From Epiperipatus broadwayi (lineage: Eukaryota > Animalia > Onychophora): a stretch of DNA of 64,000 bases. Location of the stretch: assembly GCA_028023455.1 (NCBI GenBank), contig JAQFVV010000001.1, positions 24,614,001 through 24,678,000 of the forward strand. The letters are read 5' to 3'. This document shows positions 38,467 through 52,253 of this stretch, piece after piece (positions within the stretch are counted from its first letter, which is position 1; the number at the start of each line of letters is the position of its first letter). The notes under the pieces were generated by a model that was not told the DNA's origin, made no database searches, and saw nothing but the letters and a program-made list of their open reading frames with translations. The translations under genes and the position numbers were made by a program.

Positions 38467-38667
38467 TAATTTTTGATTAAGGAAGGTGCAATCATTAAGT
38501 ATAAATAAGCTTTTGTATAGTGTAATGTTTTATTTAGTAATGAAATATTTTCCAAACAAATAACTTAATTTTTGATTAAGGAAGGTGCAATCATTAAGTA
38601 TAAATAAGCTTTTGTATAGTGTAATGTTTTATTTAGTAATGAAATATTTTCCAAACAAATAACTTAA
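38467..38667. repeat. Perfect 99-bp tandem duplication
   Basis: taatttttgattaaggaaggtgcaatc...ccaaacaaataact starts at 38467 and 38566. No differences seen. Confidence 0.95.
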
Positions 38668-38914
38668 ATGACTTTACTATAGAGGTGAAAATAAGTACAC
38701 ACTGAATTATTAATTATTAAAAGACAAAGAAATAAATATTGTATTAAAAAAGTACTATACAAATAATTTTTAAAAATGTATATCTTATAAAAACTATTGT
38801 TAAACAGAAAAGAAAAATCTTTATAAGATATATGAATAAGAAAATATGTTATTTTAAAGTTGTAATCAATAATTTGTAAAGCACATACGTAAGTAATATA
38901 TATTAAGGGTATAA

Positions 38915-39000
38915 CCTTAAGACTATGCGCCTAAAATGCGACAGTAGGGACCTCTACAAATCTAAACACTAGATTAACGACTTTAAAATGAGATAATTAA
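38915..39000 (+). repeat. Dispersed relative of the 11500-12895 array unit
   Basis: taacctt..gact.tg.g..taaaatg then gtagggacctctacaaatctaaacactagat...gactttaaaa.gagataa resembles array ttaaccttt...tagagggacctctcaaacctcaacacaagat..gact.tataaagataag. Confidence 0.5.
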
Positions 39001-40879
39001 ATGACTCAGTAAGCAAAGTTGAAAGATTAAAAATATTTATCAAATAACACACTGGGCAAATGAATAGGTTAGCTTTTGAGTTTTTGGAAAACATGTTTTT
39101 TTTCTTAACAAGAAATTTATTTATAAAAGAGAGCATTAAAGTGTTTGTCTAAAAGTTTGTTATGATGGCATTTTATTAATAATTAAATATTGAACTATTT
39201 CCATTATCTAATATTAATTGTTAAATATCTTTAGAAAAATTCAAACTTTATTTAAATTTTTCAAATACATAGAACTATTAGTAATAACATACAGGTTAAT
39301 ATATAACATAATGTTTCAAGTGATATTTTTCTCTCTTCTTCAAATCTTATTAGCCTGACCAATGACAGTACTAATATGGGAATCAAACCCGAGTCTTTAG
39401 ATTCACATGACAATAGCAAATAACCTCATAAGTCAATCTAGAGTTATAATTCATAATATCTGAAACTCACTTATGAATGCTCTTTTGGGAAAAAAATGAA
39501 GAAATCAGGAGGACCTCATAGATAAGTATATGAAATTTCTGCTGATTGTTGCCTTTAAATTCATGAATATAAAGATCCAGGATTGATTTCCATGCTAATA
39601 TTGGTACCAGTAAGGCTAGAAACATTATAGAAAGAAAAGAGAATAATATCATTCAAAATATTCCGCTATATGTTAATCTGTGTGCTATTACTAACAAATG
39701 TATTTGAAAAGTTTAAAAAAAAAATATAATTTTTCTGAAGACATTTAACAATTAATATTAAATGATGGAAGTAAATAACATATAATTACTGCTAGTGTTT
39801 GAAAATGTTTTTCTCTTAATTGAATTAGATGGAATTGTTTGTTATTAGTTGACTACTTTTAGCTGTTCAATACAAAAAAAAAATTCTGTCATAGTGGGTT
39901 ATATCATTGAGCATTGATTATGGTAATGGGAAAGAAATAATCTAGCATTGGAAAAAAATATTTATTTATTGGTATATTCATTAATCATATTTATGATTTC
40001 TCATGGTGACACTATCATGATCTATAGAATGTTTGGCCAAAATTCATTCAAAGTGTTTTGGTTATTACTTTCATGTTTTTTATTTTCTCAGACTTACGAA
40101 GATATTATACTATAAAACTTAGGAAAATCAACCCTGAAATGGTGACTTGTTACCTATGATATTAACTAACATGTTCACATGAATCTGATTTGCTAAATTG
40201 TCTAAAAGTACAACTAGAAAATCCTAACATCATAGTTGAGTTATGAAACATCAAACCTATCATTTAAATAATAAATTAGGAATAAATTTGTTTAGGATTT
40301 AAACTATATACAAATAATTTTGAATCTTTTAATTAAAAAAAAAAAATCATACTTCCTTCAAACATGTTATGGGATATCTTCAATGATCTAGTTATTAAAA
40401 GAATATCTATAAATACGTGCACAAAATCCTAAGTTTTATTCACCCTCAGAAGGATAAATTTAATATATATATATATATTATTATTATTCTATAACAATTT
40501 TTATAATATCAAATATTTATTTCTCAGCTGCATAAAGGTGTTTGTCAATAATTGAAAGGAGACTTTTAGATTCCTCCTCAAGGCCTTAAAGAAACTGAGC
40601 AAGCCAAATTCCTAATGTCCACTCCATACTTTTTTATCACCACAGCTATTATTACTATGTACTTGTCCATATGGTAAGGTAACATGGATAGTTTCTTTAT
40701 CAACGTATATCAGACAGCATGGAGAATTTATTGGCTTTTTATTTCAGAGTTTAAAATCACGAAACACCATGAACATTTTATTCCATTGCTTGATAGTTTA
40801 AATTGAAACATCAATCGAGTTTTCCTGAGGGAAAATGAATTTATGTAAATGATCTTTTATAAATATACATAATCAAATG

Positions 40880-43470
40880 GACAAAACTAACCTATGGCCC
40901 TTATTCCCAGGAGACTGTAAAATAGTGACAGAAGGCAAAGGATGCTAAGTATTTCCTAATGGCAGACCTAAGCTACCATTCAATGATAATATTTTTTTTA
41001 GCTATATTCAGTTGAAGATCACATTCTAACTGAATAAAGATTGAGATAAATTGGAAACTTAGAAGAAAAGATAGATAGACAATTGATTTAAAAAGTGGCC
41101 ATGCAGTGGGATTCATTATTAACAAAAGATGGAAGAACAACATTGTGAAGATAAGTGGTATTTAAATGAAGTGGCAAGTTTATTTTAAAATTAATGTAAG
41201 ATACCAAATATAGTTAATTCATATTTATACCCCAATAAATTATTGTGATAAAGTAGAGGATTTTTATATAGATGTACAAAATATTTTTGATTGCACTAAA
41301 TAACATTTTAAAATTGTCACAGGAGACTTTAATTTTAGAAATGGAAAATTATTGAAAGATAAAAATGCTGCAGATAAATTTGAATATGGTATCAGAAATG
41401 AAAGAGGACCAGATTTTTCGAAATTTTCAGAAAAAGTAAAACTGTATTATAAAATCATTCTTTGAGAAAAACAAAAATGAACTTGAAAGCAACAAAATGA
41501 AAGGAAGCCGAATTGAATTATATTTCATGATTATAATATTATTAATAGATTCAACATGGGAAATGAGCATCAATAAATAAAATTTAAGATACTTATTATT
41601 CTTAGACCTTATTAACAGCTGATGTTCTTAATGATCAAAAGCACTTCAAAAAATTCAAATTAGAAGTTACATTTTGTTTAAAAATGTTAACAGATTTTGA
41701 AGATGATTTAGACTTAACTTATATCAGTAAGAAGATGACTTATACTCTTCTTTGAATTGTAGCATAGATATCTGGTACAAAAGAGCAACAATTTACCAAT
41801 ACATTTTCAAAGTGCGACAATGTATAAAAAAAACAAGGAATATGAAAATATTTTATTTAAAAGAATTGAATATCTGGAATTGTGTAAAATGTTATGAAAA
41901 AGAATTAATGATATAAGAAAATAAAATTATAAATTGACAAAGGAAAACCATAGAAGAGAATAAAAATTTCAAAAGTATAAAATATCTTGATGTGAGAAAG
42001 AAAGTAATTTTACCAATAAGAAAAAAATGATAGAACTAATACTAAAAAAAGATACCATGATATATATGGAAGAATTCTACAAATTATATAATAATAGAAA
42101 ATACATAAAGTAATCTCTACTATTATAACTTCTAAATTGCCAAATATTTTAAGTAAAGAAATGAGATATTATAAAGAATGAAAAAGTTCCAGGAAATGAT
42201 GGAATTATTATTGCTATCTTAAAAGAAGCAAGTGAAGAAATAGAAAAATTGTTGTTAAAACTATATATCAGAAGTTTGAACAATAAAAATGTACCAAATG
42301 ATTGGGAAAATGCAACAATGATATTGATATTTAAAAAAGATGAGACTCTACTATCAATTTTATACAAGATCTTTATGACGATATTTACAACTCATCTATA
42401 ACAAACTTTGCATTTTAACCAACAAACAAATCGAATTTAAAAGTAGTTTTAGCACAGTGAATGACATCCAAGTTTTGGAAGAAGTTGTAGAAAAGTTCAA
42501 TGAGTATGAGTTGCAATTACATTTTGAGTTTGTAGATTATGATAAGGTTTCTGATTGTATAAACCTCTTCTTAATGATTAAAACTTTGGGTCGTGAAGCT
42601 ATAGATCTCAGATATTACATATTTTGAAGAAAATTTATCAAAATTTACAGCAATAATTAGGTTATATGGTCACACTAAGAAGATTAGCATTAATAAGTAT
42701 ATATAGCAAAGTCATATTCTGTCTCCAAAACTTTTTACAGCAGTTTTACAAGAAGTATTTTATTTAATTAAAATGAGAAGTTAAGGAAATAAAAATACAC
42801 AGAAATTATTTAAATTATCTAGATTTTTCAGATAATGTAGTTGCTTTTGCAAATAATATTCCAGAGCATCAGAAAATATTTTCAAAATTATCAGATAAAA
42901 GCAAGAAAGTTAAATGCTAAAAAGATAATGTTCAATGATTTACACAGAAGAAGAAAATAAAGATTTATAATCGTGAATTAAAAGAAGTTAACAACTACAA
43001 ATACCTTGGTCAGATTATTAACACAGATAGAAACATAATGGAGAAAATTAATCATAGAATGAAACTTGGATAGAGTGTTTTTGTTGAAAACAACTTTAAT
43101 AATAAAAGAAAATAGATCTCTACTTGAAAACAATGATTTTTAATAGTGTTTACCAGTTTTTACTTATGAATCTGAGACATGGACTCTTAAAAGAAGAGCA
43201 ATATTTAGATTTCAAATGATGCAATTAAGTATGGATTAAAGTATTTGGTGTTTCAAGAAGAAATATTATGTAAAGAAGACAACAATTAGGTGTCATTGAC
43301 ATCATTGAAGTGACTGAGATGAAGCTGGGCCAGATATACTTTTAGAAAAGATGATAATGAATGAACAGTTAGAGTTTTAAAATGAATCCCAAGAGATTGT
43401 AAAAAACCCAGAAAAAAATCATGCATGTGTCAAATGAATGGAAGAAATAAGGAAGTTGATTGTAATCGAT
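40880..43470 (+). mobile_element. Near full-length but heavily decayed RTE LINE (APE plus RT)
   Basis: In order: IVTGDFNFR and KFEYGIRNERG (~41315-41410), VPNDWENATMILIFKK (~42290-42340), FEFVDYDKVSD, YLRFSDNVV (YADD-like), YKYLGQII, LPVFTYESETWTL and W.PRDCK.PRK. Many stops. Confidence 0.85.
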
Positions 43471-43679
43471 ATCGGTAAAATGTTATTTATCAGAGAATTA
43501 AACGTGGAGAGAATTTTATCTTGCATTGGACTGACAATAGTTGAAAACGATAAGATGGAGATGGTTATGTGTTTCTGTACGAAGATTAATATAGTTTGTT
43601 TTTTTTTTAAATAAAATATTGAGAAATTTTTTTGTATAGAATGTATACATTTTTTCTCCCCCCCCCCCTATATCCCAGT

Positions 43680-44297
43680 CATCATCATTATCAATCCATT
43701 GTAGGATGAAGGTCTCTCCAAGTTCAATCCATCTTCTCCGATCTTTAGCTTCTCTTCTCCACATCATCCCTGCACACTTTCTTATTTCATCCATTCATCT
43801 CCCATGTGGTCTCTTTCTGGGTCTTTTAAATCTCTTGGAATCTGGTTTAAGATTTCAATTGTCCATCTATTAACATCTCTTCTGGCAATATGTCCAAGCC
43901 AACTCCACTTCAATCTTTTAATTTTTTCAATGAGGTCAGTAACACCTGTTTGTTCTCTTACCCATATATTTTGTTTTTGATCTCTTCTTATTACTCCCAA
44001 CATGCATTTCTCCATATTTCTTTGAGTGGTCTGAAGTCTCTGTATTGCTCTTCTATTAAGTGTCAAAGTCTCAGATCCATAAGTAAGAACTGGTAAAACA
44101 CATTTATTAAAAACCTTCCTTTTCAAACACATAGGCATATATCCTTTTAGTATCAAGTTATTTCTACCAAAAGCACTCCAATCAAGTTTATTTCTATGAT
44201 TAATTTCATCCATTATGTTTCCATCCATATTAATAATCTGACCAAGGTATTTATAACTGTTAACTTCTTCTAACTCATCATAATCAATATTTATATT
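43680..44297 (-). mobile_element. RTE LINE 3' fragment, tail-to-tail with the plus-strand copy
   Basis: ORFs 43782..44228 and 43516..43794 (VLPVLTYGSETLTL, WSWLGHIARR, RRRWIELGETFILQW) and a GAT tail. Same subfamily as 8295-8860. Confidence 0.92.
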
Positions 44298-46400
44298 GTA
44301 CCGGACGTCACACAGCGGTACAGAGACATGAGATTCGAACTAGAGTTTTTGAGGATGAATCCCCGAATAAGATAAGAGAATTAGAATAATACATAATTAT
44401 ATAAACCTTTTTTATATTTTAAAAACTAACCAAAATAAAGATTCGAACTCTGGATATGATTAAAAGATGCTTTAATATTATAAAAAAAAAACCACAATTT
44501 GTTCTAAATGTAACTTATTTATATAGTTCACGCTAGAATAGTTTCATGATACTTACATCTGTGATTATTATATAATGCGGTTTATTTATATGCCAATGTT
44601 TAAAAAGAAAAAGTTACATAATGGGTTTAGGAAGAGAAACGCTATTTTGGTTAAATAATGACCTAGACAAAAGAATTTACAAGAGAGATACTTTAGTATT
44701 TGAATAAATTAATATAATGCATTTAACAAACTATGATCGATGCCACTTCGATCACACAAGAAAACTACCCTATATGTATATAATTGCGATGCCAGGGTAA
44801 ATTGGTCTCTGAAATCCGTTATATTTATTAATTATTGAACAATAAAGTTATCAAACAAACGTCAATATAACAAAATGTTATATTTTAATTCTTGAATTAA
44901 AATATAATAAGGAAAATTCATTTATGCATGTGGGAGTTGCTCATCGAAGGGAAATAGTTTAATGCAAGCTTTTCGTGACATTCTAAATTAAATATATTGG
45001 ACATGATTCTAAAATACTATAATGAATGGCGGTGCGAGCATGAGGCAGCAGGATATAAGATTCGGCCCATTTTGGCTGAGAAACGCTTCATCATTTAAAT
45101 GGGAAAAAGAGAAATGGTACACCTGTTCTTCTGATGAGCCATACCTGGAGAAAAAGAGGAAGGTAGGGAGATGCAATTGTCCGCGTAGGGTATCAGTGCA
45201 AAGCTTCTGCTACTCTTTCCGACCTACAGCCCTTCCAAAGCCAGCTAAAACATATATAAGTGAAGATGGAGGATTCGAGTTCCTGATCATTCTCAAGTTA
45301 TGACAAAGCAAATAACGATGATGGCTGACCTTTGTTGGCAATGCTGTGAAAGTATGATATGTCCTTTAATGACGTCAAAATAACTAATGGCCTAAATATA
45401 AAGTTTTAATCGGGCATAATGGCTTGACTTATATACTAAACCAGATTAAATAATTGAAATATAAAACTATATGAATGTCTTAATGACATACAATTACATT
45501 TCCCTTCATTAAATGGGTTCCACGTGCATTTGGAATCGATAAGCATTATTTAATACTATGATGCTAAAAGTGCTATATATAAATGATTATTACATTGAAA
45601 AAATAATGGTCATTATTTAAAATATCTTAACTGGAATTTAAGCAATAGCGTTCTTGAACAACATTAAATTTATAATCAATAAAAGTATATGCATGGCAGT
45701 ATTACAATAATAATCTGCGTCTAAACTGAAATATTATTTTAGCTATTTCTCAACCCAGTAAGCAATCGCTTTAAAACGAATAATTTAAAGTAATTAAAAT
45801 ATCCCTGAAGGGCTGGGGATTTAAAAGACTAATGTAAATAGTGGCTTGCGGAGTTAGATTGATTTGTCATATGAATTACATATAAAATAAAATGCAAATA
45901 ATTATAATAAAATTTTCCGCACTAAATAAAATGTAAGATTTAAACTTAAATAGATGTAAGCATTTACATATACATGTTTGATAGGATTGTAGAGAGATTT
46001 TTACAGGTAGAGATTATATGTAATTATAAAAGAAAATATTAATTAGTATTTACAGGCGAGCATAGACAACTTTAAATAGCTATTGGACTGTTACCTCAGC
46101 ATACTTGGGGTGAATGGTTAAAGGGTTCGTTCTCTGAACTTCAGTTGCAGGAATCAGCTTGGTGATCAGCAATCTCCATCACTACAGCTTTTTCATCGGT
46201 GGCAGCCTTCTTTCATGCAGGAGTTTGGCAGCATACTAGAGGCCCAGGGAAAGACAGTTCGATTACCTACTTTATGGACATTTTAAAAACTATGAGCAAA
46301 CATACTGTAAGACTGTAAGATTCTAAGACTCAGGCTAAAACGAAGTCTCAGACTAAAAACTCCCCCTTATCTCTAATCTATTCTATTTATACCACCCAAG
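44298..46400. mobile_element. Unclassified CpG-retaining insert(s), possibly LTR- or DNA-transposon-derived
   Basis: Abrupt junction with the RTE at tgtaccg...cggtaca, more CpG than the background, and ORF 45022..45303 with no recognisable motif. Confidence 0.3.
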
Positions 46401-47929
46401 CTATTATAGGAATGCTTTGGTTCATTTGCCCAGAGGCAGATGAGACAATTGCTAAATTCCTGAGCAAATTACAGTCCATTTTAATTAAAAGTAAGATATA
46501 AAAAGATAAGGTTCAAATCACTTTAATTAGCAAAACTTTTAATTAAAGTCTTTAAATTATAAACGTAAAAACTATGATAAGACAATATTCTGTTTAAGGA
46601 AAATCAAGCTTTTTTCAAAATATTTAATTAGTGAAGAAAACTTCACAATGGGTTGATTTGAACCTGCCATCTTGGTTATATCTTCTTTCTTTTAAATTTT
46701 TACAAAATTGAAATTAAAAATCACATAAATTTTCACAAATGACAAACTTCATGTGATTAAACAAATTCTTTTTTAAATTTAAAAAAAAAAACCCAGCTTA
46801 AAATATTCAAAAGTATTAAAATATCAAAATCAAAATTATAAAATATTTATTATATAGTAAAGTCTTATCATATTTTAAAATATATGTATATTGCCACATA
46901 GTAGGTGATAGCAAGGTTAATACATTAAATATAATTGCTGGGTTTGAACCCTTGTAGCTCACTCTGACTACAGAGTGATTGCTTCAATATATCCCAGTAA
47001 AGTAATATATTTTATTTCTACTGTGTATATAAGATAAAATGGATACAATATTTATATATTCACACATTCCTAGATTTTGCAATAATAATTTTAGAATAAA
47101 TTAATGAAAATAATAAGGCAGAATGAAAATTCAAAAACAGATTTATGAAAGAAGGATGGTTATATATATATCTGTCAAATGTATTTTTTTAAACCTTTCT
47201 ATCATTATCATTTCCACTTAATATTTGTGTTATATATATGGTTAATCATTTAATAAAATTATTCTCGTTAAAAAAACCTATTCTCAATTTCTATATATGC
47301 ATGTATTTAATATACATTCATTAAACTAAAGATAATACATGTAATGATTATTCTAAGTATGTATGTTTTATGCTCAAAAGGAGGAAATGCTAACAGGGGA
47401 AGTGTTAAAACATATATATCTGGGACTAACCTTCAATGTTGGAAGTAGTACCTATTTAAAATGGATAATATTCTATTTAAGTATGAATAAAGTTCTCTTT
47501 ACTAAATGTCTCTTTAGCTGACCAAAATAAATAAATTGGTTGATGGATGATAATTCTGGAATTACAGTCATTATTATCAAAGAAATTAGTGCAGCATTCT
47601 TGAAACTGAAATGTTACCTGATTTGATTATCATCATTTAGTTTTTGAACCAATTTTGATAAATTAATTCCAAAAATATCAATTCTTAGCAATTTTTTCTT
47701 CTTCCTATTTTAGAAATTGCTATTCAAACATTTGAACAGTTTTAGGTCTTTGTTGTTTCTTCTTGTTATAAATATCGATTCAACTTAGGACACAATGATG
47801 ATTGGATTCTTATGGCTATATGTTGCATAAAAACATTCTATAATAAGACTTGATCACATATAGATCAATTGATTATTGCATACATTACAGGTGAATGAAA
47901 AAAAAATGTATATATATGAAATAAAAGAT

Positions 47930-48080
47930 AGAATAGGAAATATGTATAAATTAAGCTAAATAAAATAGGATAGATTAAAGATACAGTAATAGGATAAGAA
48001 AATAACTAGATACAAAAAAAATCTATGGAAATCCAAACTAGAAAAGAGGATTGTACATTGGAAGGGATGGCTAGTATACA
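47930..48080. repeat. Copy 1 of a near-identical ~150 bp repeat (also 50020-50090 and 52097-52266)
   Basis: agaataggaaatatgtataaattaagc...tatggaaatccaaactagaaaagaggattgtacattggaagggatggctagtataca. Confidence 0.92.
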
Positions 48081-49162
48081 AACTAATAATAAAGATTTAT
48101 TCTAGCCCGTCAAACATTTAATATTTATGATTAATACAAAATTATAATATTGGAAAGTATTGTGCATATGAATTTAATAATTAGATTCAAATATTGAAGT
48201 AATAACTAGTTGGTGTCTTATTTTTTCGTGGTAACAGTTTCATTCACTTCTCCGTTCGCAAATCTTTAGATCAAAAAAATTATGGGATAACATTTCATTC
48301 AAATCTCTATTCATAAAGCTTTATGTAAAAGTTATAGCCATTAACTTACCGGTAAGTAGAAATTTAAGTAGGTCATTGATCCTCCAACATCCAATTCAGT
48401 CAGTGGGTAGTCCGCAGTAGTTGTTTTTTTAGTTTTACTTCTTCCAAATCTCCGATCAAATTTAGGTAGAGCCTGACGACGATCTAGGTGACTTTTCTCG
48501 AGAGAAAGTGTTGGCAAACGATAGAGTTTTACTCACTCATGGTGAGCGATTTCAGTTCGTATCTAAGTGGACACATTTTATTAATATTTTTTTTTTTGTA
48601 TAAAAAAAATACGAGGCACTTCAACTTGCTCAACACTCTCTGGAACAACAAGACAAAAGACACCTTTCAAACCTGTCGGCTCCTTTTATATCCCCAGATT
48701 CTTTTTCGAAGTTCTGCGCATATTCCTTTTTTACCTTTTGTTCTATTTTATACACTTCTACATTATTTCTCATTTTTTTATTACAAAGTCTCTTTTCTCA
48801 TTATGAATTTCTGCCATTTTTAATTACTATCAGAAAGTTGTTTCTGATAGCAATCTTTTACCTTTGAAATTTCCTTTCACTATTTGAATCAATTATTCAG
48901 TATGCACTTTCCAACATTGAATTTATTTTAGTTAACTTATATTAAAAAAAGAAAAATTAAACTTTCACTGTACATTTTTCTTAAAACAACATTATATTAC
49001 AAAAAAAAATTAAAGATCGGGTTCTCTCTTTTTTGATTTAAATGGTACACAATATTAAATAGTAATTTGTACCATATATATAAATAAATGGTACAATACC
49101 ACCGGGGCAGGGAACGAGAATAAAAATAAGAGGTTTGAACTAATTTTATTCTTAATAAGTAT

Positions 49163-50025
49163 TTATGGAGTACTTCTAACCCACGTCCTAGTCTTATACG
49201 GTTTCAGTGACCTAGCGTTATAGGTACCCCTTTCTCCTTCACCATTCTCTAAAGTGAAAGCATTTGGACCATCCCGTCGGCTGATTTGGTAAGGTCCCTC
49301 GTACAAATTTTGTAACTTTTTAAAAATATGCTTCCCAGTTTGGCTCACAGGGTTCGTTTTGATCCATACTGTATCCCCTGTTTTAAAGTTATCAGTCAGG
49401 CCTCCTTTCCGCCGGGTCCGGAGCTTGGCGCAATGTTCCAACTTTTTTCTTGCTTCTTCGTGATCTCTCCCTTTATCAATGTTTTCTGGACTAGCGGTTA
49501 ATGTGGATTTATACATTCGAGGTATCGCTTGTCCGAATTGAAGTCTTACAGGTGCAAATCCGGTAGATTCATTATGAGTCCAATTTATGAAATTTAACAC
49601 CCTTGGCAGTTGTTTCACCCATCCTCTATGGTTGGATGCAGTATATACCCTGAAGAGGCGTCCTAACTCTCAACATCCGCTCGCAAGGGTTTGATTGTGG
49701 ATTTCGTATGGATGACAATATGTGTTTTACCTCCATCCTCTCTATCCACAGTTGCCAATCATAAGATGTGAAAGGCGTACCGTGGTCTGACAAAATAGCT
49801 TTTGGTTTGCCTGCCCTTTTAAAATATCGTACCTCAAGGGCTCGTATGGCATTCCTAGTATTGGTCTGGGTCACCGGATATGCCAACACCCATTTTGAAA
49901 AAAGGTCCTATACTACTAGTAGATATTTCATTTTCCCAAAAACTGGTAATGGTCCATAGAAATCAATAGCCACCAGGTCATTGGGTTCTTTAGGGATAAT
50001 AGGATTCAATGGACCTTGGTATGGA
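49163..50025 (-). mobile_element. Gypsy-type integrase pseudogene (core plus GPY/F C-terminus)
   Basis: PYQGPLNPIIPKEPNDLVAIDFYGPLP, LLVV*DLFSKW, ILSDHGTPF, NPQSNPCER, NWTHNESTG and LYEGPYQI. One TAG and frameshifts. Confidence 0.92.
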
Positions 50026-50758
50026 AATCCAAACTAGAAAAGAGGATTGTACATTGGAAGGGATGGCTAGTATACAATCAACTGAAAATAACAGTAGCTG
50101 GCTTCAAACCCTGTTACAAGAAAGTGAAAAGCGCATACGCCTTACCCTCAAGTATATATTCAAGCGGGCGATAAAGGGTTAAAAATATATATAATTATAC
50201 ATATATATATATACGTGCGTGAAGTAAATTTTAAACTCTTTTTCTTTATTATTATTTTTTTTTTTGTTAGAAAATAAATGGGGAAGGGATTGATTAGTAA
50301 GCATTATTTATTTAGAATGTTTTACTTTTAAAATATTACAAATTGACAAAATTACAGTTGTGTGCAAATATGTTATATATTGTTTAGAATATTGATTTAA
50401 GTTTCAATTATATTTCAAATTAACGAGGGTAGCAAAAAGGAAATATTGTATGTGCCTTCAAGCAATTCTGTGTTTGAATCACAATCGCTAATTACTGCAA
50501 AAATAAAATTCCAAGAAAAAAACCAAAGAATGTTTGACCAAAAAGAATAGATACCAGGAATGATGGCACCACCAAAACAATGGAAATGTAAAAGTAAAGA
50601 AGTAAAAGTAATTTGGAAAGGAAAACCTATTCAAAGAAAAGAATTAGATTGGAGATCCGATAAAAAAAAAATTCCTTTGTCTGAGAAATGAAAATTAATT
50701 AGAAAAAAAATTAATTAATGAGAATTTGAGAAAGGAAAAAGACAGTTTTCAGTTAGAT

Positions 50759-52253
50759 TGTGACCGCTGAGTGAGATAGACTCATAAAGATATAGAAAAA
50801 AATATCTAACATGAAGGGGTAAGGACCATACGTAAAGGGCTTCATCACCCACAGCCGATGCGAACTGACTATAAACCGCCTGCCGCCGAAGAACCTAGGA
50901 ACCTCGCGAATACTCCGGATTGCTGAACATAAAATGAAATAGAAAAGAATCGTACGTCTCAAAATATGAATTTATTTGATTTGAAAATTATATTAGACAA
51001 GACTCCACTTACAGCTCCGCCATCACTTATGGACATCTTAAATATCGGACTCTGTAGAAAGAAATTATATATTGCGCTTTCATAAGGCAACTTCAAATAC
51101 TACTAGATCACGGAAATCCACTTGATATGCTTCATTACATTCTAATCCCATACCCCGGGGTTTCGTCAGGTAAAGTGAACTATATTTTTATATAACTCAG
51201 AATTGCTTATAGCTACTCTCGAAAATAACAAACTTTCTTAAATTATTTCATAACATAAAATTATTGCGCACAACTGTATAGTAAAATATTTTTTTTCATA
51301 TATATATAAATTAATATGTGTTTATTCTAAATTAAATGTTTTATTGTTTCATTTATGATTTGGGAACTTATTATATATTTTAAATGGGAGGGATAAGAAT
51401 TGATTTACATAGATAGCGTTTAGATATTAATAATAAAATTTAGTACAGATTTACCTTTGCGTTAGAGTTATTCAATAATTATCGTTTACATTTTCCAATC
51501 ACTTCATTTGCTAAATAAATTCCGATGATTCAAATATGTCCGAGGTAAGCGGATATGTCTATGAGTGCATTATAAATTAAGTACAAACCTATATGGGTTT
51601 TTTTTGTGGTATTATCTCTGTTCATCCAATAGGTTTTCCTCCCCACCCTGGGAATGAGTTAGCTTGGGTCAGGCACCTCGTTAATCGGGAAATATAATTC
51701 TCATCGTAACAGTGAGTTTGGCACTTGAGGTCATTGATAAATTGACGCTCATAAATATATTCTCCCGTAGACATTTTTTTTTATATTTAGATCTTATTCA
51801 AGATACAAGGGCTACCGGAAACTTTTATTCATTTATCTCAAATCCTATTTACGCAACACTTAAAATTTGCGTCAAGTAAACAATACTTGTATGAATAATT
51901 CGTATCAGAATTTTCTTTGGTGGGTAATATTTAAATATTACCTACAGGTGTTATGGCGACTAGACAGCCATAGAAATTCCATCTAGTCTTCAGTTAGGCT
52001 CACTTGTCCATTTCTTGAGATCTACATTATTTGGTTTAAGTTCACCAATGTCGGATAAGACGTGGGAAAGGGGTTGCCCGTTAAAATGACAAATGGAGAA
52101 TAGGAAATATGTATAAATTAAGCTAAATAAAATAGAATAGGATAGATTAAAGATACAGTAATAGGATAAGAAAATAACTAGATACAAAAAAAAACCTATG
52201 GAAATCCAAACTAGAAAAGAGGATTGTACATTGGAAGGGATGGCTAGTATACA
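50759..52253. mobile_element. CpG-rich LTR-like segment bounded by TGT...ACA
   Basis: Begins tgtgacc (50759) and ends gtataca (52253), retains many CpGs, and its right end is the repeat also found at 47930 and 50020. No clean TSD. Confidence 0.4.

Noticed and set aside
40086-40135. Exon-like segment after a strong acceptor (also ~53172) as extra PSTK exons
   Set aside because: Not needed: 38022 joins 53545 in phase with continuous PSTK similarity, and these segments show no PSTK-like residues.
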